Program-made: the position numbers and the translations under genes
The notes under the pieces: generated by a model
Databases searched by the model: none
What the model saw: the letters and a program-made list of their open reading frames with translations, nothing else
What the model was told of the DNA's origin: nothing
Shown here: positions 11,801-22,495 of the stretch, one piece after another
Layout of the letters: each line of letters starts with the position of its first letter
Numbering within the stretch: position 1 is the stretch's first letter
From: Bilabrum cf. latius
Lineage: Eukaryota
DNA: 64,000 nt
Direction: 5' to 3'
Assembly: GCA_965178125.1 (NCBI GenBank)
Contig: OZ237773.1
Coordinates: 248,001-312,000, forward strand

Positions 11801-14067
11801 CCGTGGACGAGATGGTCGCGAGCTGGAACAGGGAGTATGTATCCGTTGAGCAGAGAGAGGACGCAGCGGACGGGGTTCCTAGACCCGGAGCCACTGCAGA
11901 GCATGTCGCGGCGAAGGTCGCTTCCATGGAGAGCGCGATGGAGGCAAGCTCGCACCACGGTGCGCTCGGCGCTGCGGGACCGGCGGGCAAAATGGGATCT
12001 GGTGAGGGTCCGATTGACGTGCACGCTACATTCATTGTGCCTGACGATGATATGGACGGCAGCACTGGTGCTGATCCTATTCTATTCGTGGGCTGCGGGC
12101 GCGGCGCAAAGCCCGCCACGCTTGACGATGACGCTTCGTGGAAATTCGGCGGCATGGGAGCGGTAGCACCAGAGGTCAGAGTCGCGGTAGACAAGGGGGT
12201 GCATGCAGTCAGGGATCCGAGGGGCGAGCCGGTGAGGTACCTGGGCCAGCTGTTTGCGTGCTCGGATGCGTGGGCCGCGGGCCGCATGATCTGGCAGATG
12301 TTCGCGAAACAAGCCCAGGCCAGGGGAGCCAGTGTGGGTCAGCTGCCAAGCGCTGCTGATCGCGGATTCTACTCTGACGCAGAGATCCCGCGGCTGCCTG
12401 ATGCATCGTCGTGCCCGCCCGCACTGGAGGCGATCCTTCGTGGGCTGCTGCAGTCGGAGCCTAGCCGGCGCATGCCCCAGCATGAGGCCATCCGCGCGTT
12501 GCTGTGCGCGCTCTACGGCCCTGAGAACGTCGGGGCATTCCCAGGTGTGCCTGCAAGCGGTGCTGCAGCATCTGATGCCACCCATCCCGCCGCTGCAAGT
12601 GCCATGCAGTCCTGGGTGCAGGACCAGAGGGCTTACCTGAACGGAGCTGACGCGATCCAAGGTAGCCTGCCCCCCAGCATGGTGGCGGTGGAGGCTGACC
12701 TCCTCGAGCAAGCCCAGAGATTCGTGCCACCCGCGCCGCCTGCACTGCACGGTAGTGCACCCGTCGGTCCAGCCAGCGGTGCTGGAGGACCGGATGCTCC
12801 GCAGGCCGGCAAGCACTCTGAGGTCGAGGCAGCGGCCCGCAATGCAGTGATCCATGCTGCGGGCCAGGCTGTCATTCCCACCAGGCGCGAGCGGGGCGAT
12901 GTGCAAGGGGAGCAGATCGCGACGGACAGAGACAACAAGAAGCTGGCCAACCGGATGTCCATGGGCTGCGTGGGCGAACACGTGCCATTCGGTCCCTCCA
13001 TCGGCGCGAGCGGCCTCGCAGGTCCTGGCGAGGCCAACAAAGCCATCGCCAGCGCAGGCCCTGATTCAGTGCTGAGGCCTCCCTCGGCTGGGACCAGGTC
13101 GCTTTACGGCTGGGAGGAAGAGGGCATCCTGGGCAGAGTGAAGCCGCTCATGAAGAAAGAGGCGACCATGTGGGACAGGCAGGTGAGGAGGCAGTTCCTG
13201 GGGTCGCACCACGTCGAGGAGCAGGTCGCGAGGGGGGTCATGGCGGTGAGAGAGGCGTTCAGATGCTTTGGGGTGGGAGGTGCGGGGGCGTGGCAGGGCG
13301 CTAGGGACCTCCCTTGGGTCCCATCCGAGAGTTTCCCGACGTATCATAGTGTGACGAGTGGTTAGGCTGTGGCGAGTGGATCACCGGGTGCTCCGGTCTA
13401 CCAACCAGCAAGCCAACCGCTCTCTCCTTCCAACGGCAGATCTAGTAGCTGGCAAGGACAGTCCGCTCCTGCACCGAGCCATGCTGGTGGCAGCTCGTCC
13501 CACATGCATTCTAGTCCGACGCAGGGGCAGGGCATGGCCCACATGCATTCTAGTCCGACGCAGGGGCAGGGCATGGCCCAACGACCAGGCGAGCATACAG
13601 CAGCAGCCCATGCGGTGGCATCACCAACCGCACCACAGCCGGGTATTGTGCTTCCCTAGATGTAGATTTAGCAACCACAGGCATCGGGTCACCATGGTGA
13701 TCCCGGGCATTCGACGTAGGCCCCGCTCCGATTCGGACTTCCTCCAGGCACATTTACTGCCGCTGCACCTCTGGGCGGCGACAGGCAGACTGGATGCACT
13801 GGCTCTTCCGGAGATCAGCGTCCTGAGCTGGGGGCGCCTGAACGTGGTGCAGTGCACGCAGGTGCAGAAGGGGCGGGGGCAGTTGACTCCCACGTACCAG
13901 CGCCGGCGGGTCACCACGACGCATTTAACGGGCATACTGGCCATGGATGGTGCGCAGGAGAGGGCACGGCCGGTCCCGATCGGGGCAAGGGCGAGGCGCT
14001 GATCCGGCAGTCCGCCGAGCTAGAAGCGAGGGAGGCCGCGAGCGGTGGTGCGAGCAACGGAGTGTAA
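8848..14067 (+). CDS. Ankyrin-repeat + coiled-coil + PINK1-like Ser/Thr kinase; multi-exon 5' end (start codon uncertain), several in-frame TAG
   Basis: Ankyrin exons 9145-9243 (HGKTALCLAAAQG), 9335-9436 (DGALPLHYAAAYGH) and 9828-9932 (NTPLHSAAYNGH) with GT-AG phase-0 introns. The last exon 10231-14067 is one frame broken only by TAG (10597, 13363, 13657, 13663, 13669 and one further site). Kinase motifs HPNV, HRDVTSDN, DWG, APE and DAWAAG. Ends TAA 14065-14067, followed by AT-rich sequence. Confidence 0.85.
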
Positions 14068-14280
14068 CTCTGCGAGAGCAATAGCCTAAATTAGTGGCGC
14101 AATAATTTAATAATACAGATTCCTAGGTTCAAAATACGACGATCAGTCAGCGCCTAGTGAATTCAATCGATCTAGGCAGTGGTACTCTCTGGATCTAGTC
14201 ACCCGCAATCGTCCAACTTTACCCCACCCACTACTACTATCATTTGATATGGAATGGCAATTGGAACTACTGCTGGTGTA

Positions 14281-14353
14281 GGGCGTATAGCTCAGTTGGT
14301 AGAGTGTCTGCTTCGCATGCAGATAGTCCAGGGTTCGATTCCCTGTGTGTCCA
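14281..14353 (+). tRNA. trnA-CGC: tRNA-Ala(CGC), identical to the copy at 8294
   Basis: Same 73-nt cloverleaf; oligo-T terminator follows. Confidence 0.95.
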
Positions 14354-14439
14354 AACTTTTTTTGCTCCAATCAAGACTCGTCATGGATCGAGAACCACCC
14401 TTCGCGCTCAGAAAAACACCGACTTGCCCACTTTATAGA

Positions 14440-16431
14440 ATGAGTGGCATGCGCATATTTTACATTTTTTTAGTGTCATGCCTCGGAGGTGTGCTCGCTG
14501 GCGCCACGGCCAGCAACCTGGCGCAAGACTAGCGACCTATATTCCACCCCATGCCAGAGGCAGACTTCACGAACGATATTGATGGTCCCTTCTTTTGGAA
14601 CGGGATGTACCATTTGTTATTTGCGCACCATGTGAACCAGACCTGCTTTTGCAACGTAGACGGTGGCTAGAACCGTTGGGCGCACCTTGTTTCGAAAGAC
14701 CTGGCTCGTTGGGAGAGGTTAGAAGCAGCGCTGCTCGCAAACAAGAGCACGAACGACCCATCAATTCCCTGCAAGGCGACACCCTACGACGGAGTTGCCG
14801 TGATGACTGGTAGCACGACCGTTCTAAGCGACGGCCCCCTCATCCTGTACAGCTCGAACCCGGTCAATGGCATCAACTATGCGAGACCGGCAAACCTATC
14901 CGATCCTCTCCTTCGATACTGGATCAAGGACCCCTCCAATCCCATCTTTTCGAACCAGGGTGCTGGGCTTGCCCCCATGATGCGGGATCCCTCCACGGCG
15001 TGGTACCACGCGGGGAGCAAGCGCTGGATGCTCGTCCTCGCGGGCCAGCCCTCCGCCAAGGGCAGCATGGAGCCAGAGCTGTGGTCCACGGACTAGCCAC
15101 CCACTGCTGATATAGAACGCTCCGGCCCCGGCACCTCATCCGGGTGGAAATACGAGGGAATTTACTGGCGAGCAGCAGGTGGTGCCCAGCTGCCACCCTA
15201 CAAGCCCATGCTCGAGTGCCCCGACACGTGGCCCGTGTTGCCGCAAGACCGCCTAGAAGCGCCGTAGAAAGCTTCTTCTTCCTCTTCCAGTACCCCCAGG
15301 ACAAAGACCCCTCTGTGGGCATTCCGCTGGAGCGGGTCCACAGGTGCAGAGCCCGTCGTTCTGGGCCAGTAGGACCCATCCACGGGCCATTTCGTGCCTC
15401 TCCCTGCCCCTACCAACGGCAGCGCGCCCCGTACCCCGTACCCGCCGCTGCACCTCCTGCAGCAGCAGTCCACCCAAGTTGGTGTGGCGGCCAACGCAGA
15501 CAACGACACGTACTGGCCACAAAGACTCGGGCAGGGCACAACTGGCGGTGTGTATGCCTCCAAGAGCATGCGGGACCCGGTCCACCAGCAGCAGGTGTGG
15601 TGGGGCTGGATCCACGAGGGCTGGATGCAGGGCTCCCACTGCGTCAACCGCTCCGTCTGCGGGACGCACACGGTCCCCCGCGCTCTGGTTTACGACCCGG
15701 CAACCGATCGCCTCAAGGCATACCCCGTGCCCCAGCTCGATCTGCTGCGGCTGGAGCAGCTGGTGGGTCAGGACGATCTGCCGATCCACGCGGGGGTGGT
15801 CGCGGATTGGACCAAGCAGGTCGCTGGTGGCCCGAGCAGTGCCAGGGGCGGCCTGGAGCTTGACGTGGAGGTGGTGCTGAGGCCCAGTTCTGGCGCGATT
15901 GGGGCTGTCGGTGGCACGGCGTTCGGTGCGGTGAACTTTACGTTGCGGGTGCGTGCGACCGTTGGGCCGGATGGTCGGGTGGCGTCGGACCCGGCTCAGT
16001 TCACGGACGTGACCGTGCAGTTTGTTCCTTCTACGAGAAACGAGGCAGCGGCCTCGGGAGTGGCTGGGTGGGTCACCATGCGAATGACGGTCACCGCTCC
16101 CCCTACTGCGTCGATCGAGTCTGTAGGCAGAAAGTGGAGCACCCAGGCGATCGCAGCCCCGGCCGCGGTGATGGTTGAAGATCTGGCCCCGGGCGGAAGC
16201 GGGATTGCCCTCCGTGTGCTTGTGGACCACAGCGTGGTGGAGGCATTCGTGATGGGAGGCAGGGCGCAGCTGGTGGGCAGGACGTATCCTGCGGATGAGG
16301 CAGTCGGCGTGGCTTTGCTCGGAGGAGAAGGAGAAGGAGAAGGCGGAGAAAGGGGTGGAGGTGGGACGATGGTTAAGGGAGTGGCCTGGGCCATGGGTGG
16401 GATGATGCTGCCAGCAGGGAGTCTCCAGTGA
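14440..16431 (+). CDS. Secreted glycoside hydrolase family 32 (beta-fructofuranosidase/invertase-like), 663 aa, 5 in-frame TAG
   Basis: Signal-peptide-like N-terminus, then RPIFHP, FTNDIDGP (NDPNG variant), WAHLVSKDLARW, MRDP, LECPD, YASKS, WWGW and C-terminal LRVLVDHSVVEAF. All lie in one frame across TAGs at 14530, 14668, 15094, 15265 and 15370; ends TGA. Confidence 0.9.
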
Positions 16432-16862
16432 AGGGCTCTCTAGTGAGCTCTCTAGTGAGCTGAGGGAACATGCAGTGGCCGCGATGTTGGCTGCAGGGAG
16501 TCTCCAGTGAGGGGCTCTCTAGTGAGCTCTCTAGTGAGCTAAGGGAACATGCAGTGGCCGCGATGTTGGCTGCAGGGAGTTTCCAGTGAGGGGCTCTCTA
16601 GTGAGCTGAGGGAACATGCAGTGGCCGCGATGTTGGCTGCAGGGAGTCTCCAGTGAAGGGCTCTCTAGTGAGCTCTCTAGTGAGCTGAGGGAACATGCAG
16701 TGGCCGCGATGTTGGCTGCAGGGAGTTTCCAGTGAAGGGCTCTCTAGTGAGCTGAGGGAACATGCAGTGGCCGCGATGTTGGCTGCAGGGAGTATCCAGT
16801 GAAGGGCTCTCTAGTGAGCTCTCTAGTGAGCTGAGGGAACATGCAGTGGCCGCGATGTTGGC
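16414..16862. repeat. Minisatellite, ~6 units of 79 or 67 bp, overlapping the GH32 stop codon
   Basis: Unit starts at 16414, 16493, 16572, 16639, 16718 and 16785. The two unit lengths differ by one 12-bp CTCTCTAGTGAG block. Confidence 0.95.
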
Positions 16863-16951
16863 ATGTGAGCCAGGTCGGGGATCTGTGACAGGGTCTAGCG
16901 TGTGTACCAGTCATTGCGGTTGATTTCACTTAGAGCAGATTCGATCCAATG

Positions 16952-18522
16952 TCACTTCCCGCCTCCTGCGGCTTGCCTCCCTGCCAGCTGCTGCAGCAGG
17001 GCCTGCAGCTCGGCAGCCCCTCCCCTGCCCGTCCCCCCTCGCCCTCCCCTGCCCAGCGGCACGGCATCGATCTGCTTCAGTGCTGGCAGCATCCTCGGCA
17101 GCTTTGTTCTGTACTCCTTGTCCCTGGCAATCGGGTTGTGCTCCAGATAGATCGTGTCCAGGGTGCCCCGCACTGGGGCAAGTGCCTCGATCTGGGCATA
17201 GTCGGCGACGGCATTCGAGCCCAGCCACAAGTCCTCCAGCACGGGGCACTCCTCCAAGCCGCTCAGATCGGCAATCCCGTTGTTGGTGAGGTCCAGCGTG
17301 CTGAGCTTGGGCTTGCGGCCGATCCCGCGCATGCTGGAGATGCCCTGGTGGCCAAGGTACAGCTCCTCAAGCGCCTCGCATTTCTCGAGCCCCTCGATCT
17401 TGGTCAGCCGGTTGCTCTGGAGGTCCAGCCTCCTCAGCTTGGGGAGTGTCTCCAGCCCCTGGATGGTTTCTATCTTGTTCTTGCCCATCCACAGCTCCTC
17501 CAGCTCGGAAAGTGCCTCCAGCCCTTCGATCTTCTTGATCTTGTTCATGCCCAGGTCGAGCTTTCTCAGCTGCGTGAGGGTCTCGATCCCGCGCATGGAG
17601 CGCAGCTTGTTGCTGCAAGCAAACGAGCAAGGCATAAGGGCGTGACTCTGGTTGCGTATGGAACAATTGTGTGGAGCATGTGAGGATGCCATGAGTGGCA
17701 CTGGGGGTCCCTCAGTCGCCTCGGTGCGTGCAAGCAGGGCCGGGTGCTCACTTGGCGAGGTAGAGCGTCTTGAGGTTGACGAGCGCCTCGATGCCTTCGA
17801 TCGTCTTGATCTTGTTGTAGGACATGTCCAGGGTCACCAGGGACACCAGCGGGGCGATGCCTTCCAGTCGGCGAATCTGCGCGGGGGTTGGTGCGAGCGC
17901 GGGCAGGTGCCGTGCAGAGGTGGCTCGCTTCCGATTTCTCCCCTGGGAGGGTTGCGCTGCGAATTGCGGCGACTATTACTGCAGCGGCTGCACTTGGTAC
18001 AGTCCTTACTCTATTTTCGTATAATTCCAGGTGCGTAAGCTTGGTAAGATGTTCCATCCCTTGCATTCTATCGATCAGGTTGGAACGCAAGCACAGGTAG
18101 TCGATGCCGGGGACCGCCTCGAGACCTTCGATGACGGAAACCTTCTTGCCCATTGTTCCCACATAATCCAATTTACCGTGCTTGGCCGCGTCTTCCAAGG
18201 AAACTACGTCGCCTGGGCGGACCACTTCGGGTGCTGGCTCATCGTCTGCTCCGGACCCTGCGTCCGCCCCGCCGGCTGCTCCGCCAGCTTCTTCTTTTCC
18301 GGACGACGCAGATGCAGCCACTGCGCAATCATCTCCGGATGCTGCAGGCGCCGTAGCGGCCGTTCCTGCAGCTCCAGCCCTGGACGCTGAAACCACCTCT
18401 ACCTTGCCTTGCGCAGCGAGCTTCTCCATCGCCGCCGGGTCGCTCAGATCAATCACGCTCATGCCCGCGAAGCGCTTCTCACCACCTGCACCCTCACCGG
18501 GATCACTCCCAGCAGCCGCCAT
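16952..18522 (-). CDS. sds22: SDS22/PPP1R7-like leucine-rich-repeat protein (PP1 regulatory subunit 7); exons 18522-18010, 17876-17752, 17612-16952
   Basis: SDS22-type LRRs (LCLRSNLI, LELYENRI, LDMSYNKI, LYLANNKL, LDLGMNKI, LWMGKNKI, LDLQSNRL) and an LRR cap (TIYLEHNPI...YRTKL...LPALKQIDA). GTAAGG..CAG and GTGAGC..CAG introns restore the repeats; ends TGA. Confidence 0.88.
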
Positions 18523-19182
18523 TCGCCACTTGTCGCGAGAAAGTGCGAGCAAATCGGCGAAGGTCAGTGGTGGGGGTGTGATGACTATTCTGCAGGGCCA
18601 TTGGCAATGCACACGTGCTTGCAGCTTACTCGCTTGGGGTGGTAACAAGGTTTAAGAAGTGTAGACAGGCCAGCCGCAAGCGAGTACATCTGATCCAGCG
18701 GTGGGCATGCCGTGCTGGGCCATCATCGCCCCCTCCCTTCCCATCGACAGAATTGACAACCACAAGTTGAAGGCCGGACAGGGGCGGATGGGCCCAGCCG
18801 TAGGGGCACCTGGCTCCTCTGTACAGACTCGACAGGCCATCATGTACACATTGTGCGGCTGCATGCGACTACCTTCTCCTCAATGTTCAGCGACCGCCAA
18901 ATATGAAGATGATTGCGCGTAAATAAGCCAAAGTTGCGATCAATATATTTTCAGACCATATTTAGATCTGCTTACGAGGCCGTGGGACTCGATTGGGTCT
19001 TGGGTTTTGGGGATATAATTCGCGAGGGTACCAGCCTTTGTTTGTAGTCGAAGCCTCTTCGACAGGTTTAGGTGCAGCGCTGCGTTCACAAAGGACCCTT
19101 TTGCGTCTACGCAAACATTATTTCTTGCCCACCAGCGATTTTAAAATCACAAACATACCTGCTCAAGTTGCATTGATTTGCA

Positions 19183-20916
19183 ATGAGCGAGCGCGACCGC
19201 ATGCCATCGTTCCGAAGCGGTCTGCTGGTTGCCGTTGCAGGCGCCGCGCTGTCGCTGCATCGCACCCATGCTGCCTGTGACTTTGTTGGGATCCAAACCA
19301 GATTATTACAACCAGGCCAATGGACCTCGATCGAATGCGGGGAGGGCACGGGGCTGCCGCAGCCAGGCGACGGCGCCAACCCGAAGGCCTGGGCCACAGC
19401 TCGAGGCAACTGCGAGCACTGCAGCGCAGTGACGCTGCACCTATCCCACGGGCAATCATGCGACCTCGATCCTTACGATAGCGAGCACGAGTCGCTGTGG
19501 AGCGCCCCCCTGCTGCCACCGTAGCTCCCACCCGCCCGTGAGCGAGCACCCCTGGGAGCAGGTGCCTCGCGCATATTGCCAGAGGCGAGCATTCACGGGG
19601 TTGCGTGTCCTGTTGGGACGGGGGAGGGCGGGAGGACCCGGTGCTGCCTCCAAATAAAAAACGGAATGGACCTGGGGAGCAGTAGCGTGCACTTTCCGCG
19701 GGCGTTGATCGGAACAGAGGACGAGAACGCCGCGGCGTTCCGTGGCTGCTCGTACGGCGTGGGTGTGACGATTACGGGGTCAAGCGACTTTCCGCGTGCG
19801 GTGCTGCACTGCACGGCAGTGCAGTCCCAGCGGAAGCTGAGCGGAACCATCGTCGGTCTGCGCGGCGCCGCCAGCATCCGCGTCGGTCTTGGCTCGTCAC
19901 AGTGCGATGCTTTCGATTCCGGGTCCTCTACCCCGGACGGCGTGTCGGGCAGCCGTCTGCGCGTGGCAGCCGGCCAGGAGATCGCGCTGGACCAGGCCCT
20001 TGGTGTGACCCAGGGGAGGTCAGCCGCCTGCCTTGTGGTGGACTGCCTGGCGCTTGGGGGTGTGACGAGTGGGGGTGCGGATGCCGGAGGGGGGTCGTCG
20101 TCTTCGTCGTCGTCATGGGCCAACGGTGGAGGTGGTCCGATCGGCAACGAATGTTCGGTGAGGTTCACGGGAGCGGTCCGCTCCATCCTCGCCACCCCAC
20201 TGCCGAGCGCCACGCCTGCGGCGCAATCCCAGACGCAGCTGTCCGCAGGGAACCCCACCTGGGGCATATCGATGCGGGGGTACTCAGACGGCGCCAGGGA
20301 ACAGTGGGTGGCCAGATCGGACGCTGGGACGCGGGTGCTGGTGACGTGCCTGAGCATAGGCACGGAGCCTGGGTTCGACATGGTGCGGGTGTTTGACGGC
20401 GAGTCGCCCAGGCAAAGTACTCGCCTGGCGGAATGGAGCGGGGACAGCTGCGGAACCGGCGCCGCGGCGTCGGTTGTAACCGGGAGAAACGCCGTCTCGG
20501 TCACCTTCGAGGCGGACGGGGAGGTGTCTGGGAGCTTCAGCGGATTTTCGCTCCGAGTCGAGCGGCTGGCCGCCCCCAGCCCCAGCCCGCGGCCCAGCGC
20601 ATCGCCCGCCGCGCAGCTGGAGACTCTGGGCCAAGAGTTGCTTGTGGGCGGTTCCGCTGGCGCGGCGCCGGGCACCGCGGCGAGTCCCGGGTCGGGGATG
20701 GCGAGCTGGCAGCGGTTCCCGGTGCTGGCCGCGCTGCCCAGCGGGGGCGACGTGGATATATCCGTTGAGCTGCAGGGGCTGGAGGGGGACCCGAGACGGA
20801 CCTGGCTTGACCTGGTCGCCGGGGAGGAGGAAGAAGGTGGGCAAAGTGGCCTCGTCTGGAGGCGGTACGCCGGCGAGTCCGCCGCTGTCAGTGAGTCTGC
20901 TGCTGCAGTGCCTCTG

Positions 20917-20948
<32 letters not shown>

Positions 20949-22295
20949 AGAAGAAGAAGAAGCAGCGGCAACGGTTGCTGCCCCGTTCGCTCCGGGGCGG
21001 GCCGTGGTGTCGGGAGGCACGGCTTCCCTTGTTCTCTGGCAGGAGGCCGGGGCGGCGCAGAACGCAAGCTTCTTGGCGCGGGTCACGTCGGTTGCAACCG
21101 GCAGCGTGGGGAGTGTGACGAGTGCGCGACAGGCGGGGCTGTTCCTGGCGCCGGAGCGCGGCGCGAACGTGACGGCTGCACCTGCCCGGGCGGGTAGCAA
21201 CGACTGGGTGTCTGTTGGGCTGGGTGGTGTGACGAGTGCCAGCCGGCTTCGGCTGCTGTCTGCTCGCGCGTGCTGCCTGGTTGCGGATGCCTCCCTGCGA
21301 GTGTAGGTCGTTGCTACGGCGGTTACCGGTGCACCCGTGTTGAGTGCCCAGGGAGACTGCTCCGCAGGTCAGGGAACATGCGTGGGTCTATCTCCGGACT
21401 CGAATGCGGCGCTGGCGGTGGACGGTCCCGCCGTGGAGGTCGGGGTGAGGACGCAGCGCATCCCGAGGGGAAGTGGGGTGCAGCGCATGGTGGTGCAGAT
21501 GGAGGCATCGGTGCTAGACCTGCCACCACCCGTCACTTTGCCCAACCTGCCCCCCTCGCGACTCGCGTGCCAGTGCCTCTGCGACTTCAGGGTTGCTGGA
21601 TACCTCGACTTGGGCAGCAGCAGCGCGGCCTCCTGCGGAACCTGCACACGGACGGCGTGCAGCCAGGAGTTCGGTTCCGCAGGAGGATAGTGCGCGGCGC
21701 CTGCCGAGGTGGAGGCGCGGTGCGTCGCCGGTGCCCTTGGTCTGCCGTCCCCCGCGCCCTCGCCCGCCCCGGTAGGTGACGCGTGGGCTGGCGCGAGGGG
21801 GACGTGGGCGGTGACTGGGACTGCTGTGACGAGTGGGTCTAAATGTGAGATTGCCGGACTGCGCGTGTCTGGTGGGATGCAGGGAACAGCCTCTGTGCGT
21901 GCCACGGTGCTGGGCGTGGACGCTGCGACGTGCGGGAAATCGCTGGGGTCTGGCCACGGGGGCGCCGCGCAATTGGGAGCGGTTCCGCTCGCCGGAACCA
22001 CCGCCAATGCAACGGCACGGTCCTACTTGTTCCGACGGGCGGGCTTGGGCGCAAGCGGCGATGTAATGCAGCTGTCGCTGCAGGCTCCATCCGACGAGGA
22101 CCCTGGTGCTGCCTCCCCAACCGTGGGCAGCCTGTCGGTACTGAACCCCGGAGCTGCAGCCTCCAGCGAGACCGCGACGGTTATCTCATACTCGGTGGCG
22201 AAGGTCGCTGGTGCCCGGTCCTCAGGTGATGTGACGAGTGGGTGGGTGGGGCGGTACGAACCCTCGGCTGAGCCGGGGTCGTGCCGGGGAGACGG
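19183..22295 (+). CDS. CUB-domain secreted/membrane protein, copy truncated by the assembly gap
   Basis: Matches 24913-28025 at an offset of 5,730 bp and runs into the N-gap. Confidence 0.65.
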
Positions 22296-22495
22296 NNNNN
22301 NNNNNNNNNNNNNNNNNNNNNNNNNNNNNNNNNNNNNNNNNNNNNNNNNNNNNNNNNNNNNNNNNNNNNNNNNNNNNNNNNNNNNNNNNNNNNNNNNNNN
22401 NNNNNNNNNNNNNNNNNNNNNNNNNNNNNNNNNNNNNNNNNNNNNNNNNNNNNNNNNNNNNNNNNNNNNNNNNNNNNNNNNNNNNNNNNNNNNNN
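22296..22495. other. Scaffold gap (200 N)
   Basis: Run of N bases. Confidence 1.

Noticed and set aside
13501-13580. 39-bp coding duplication (HMHSSPTQGQGMA), the (GAA)n poly-Glu run and the (CTGTTC)n run near 8665
   Set aside because: Ordinary slippage repeats in low-complexity sequence.
16414-16862. CRISPR array
   Set aside because: Units are contiguous with no unique spacers, there are no cas genes, and the context is eukaryotic.
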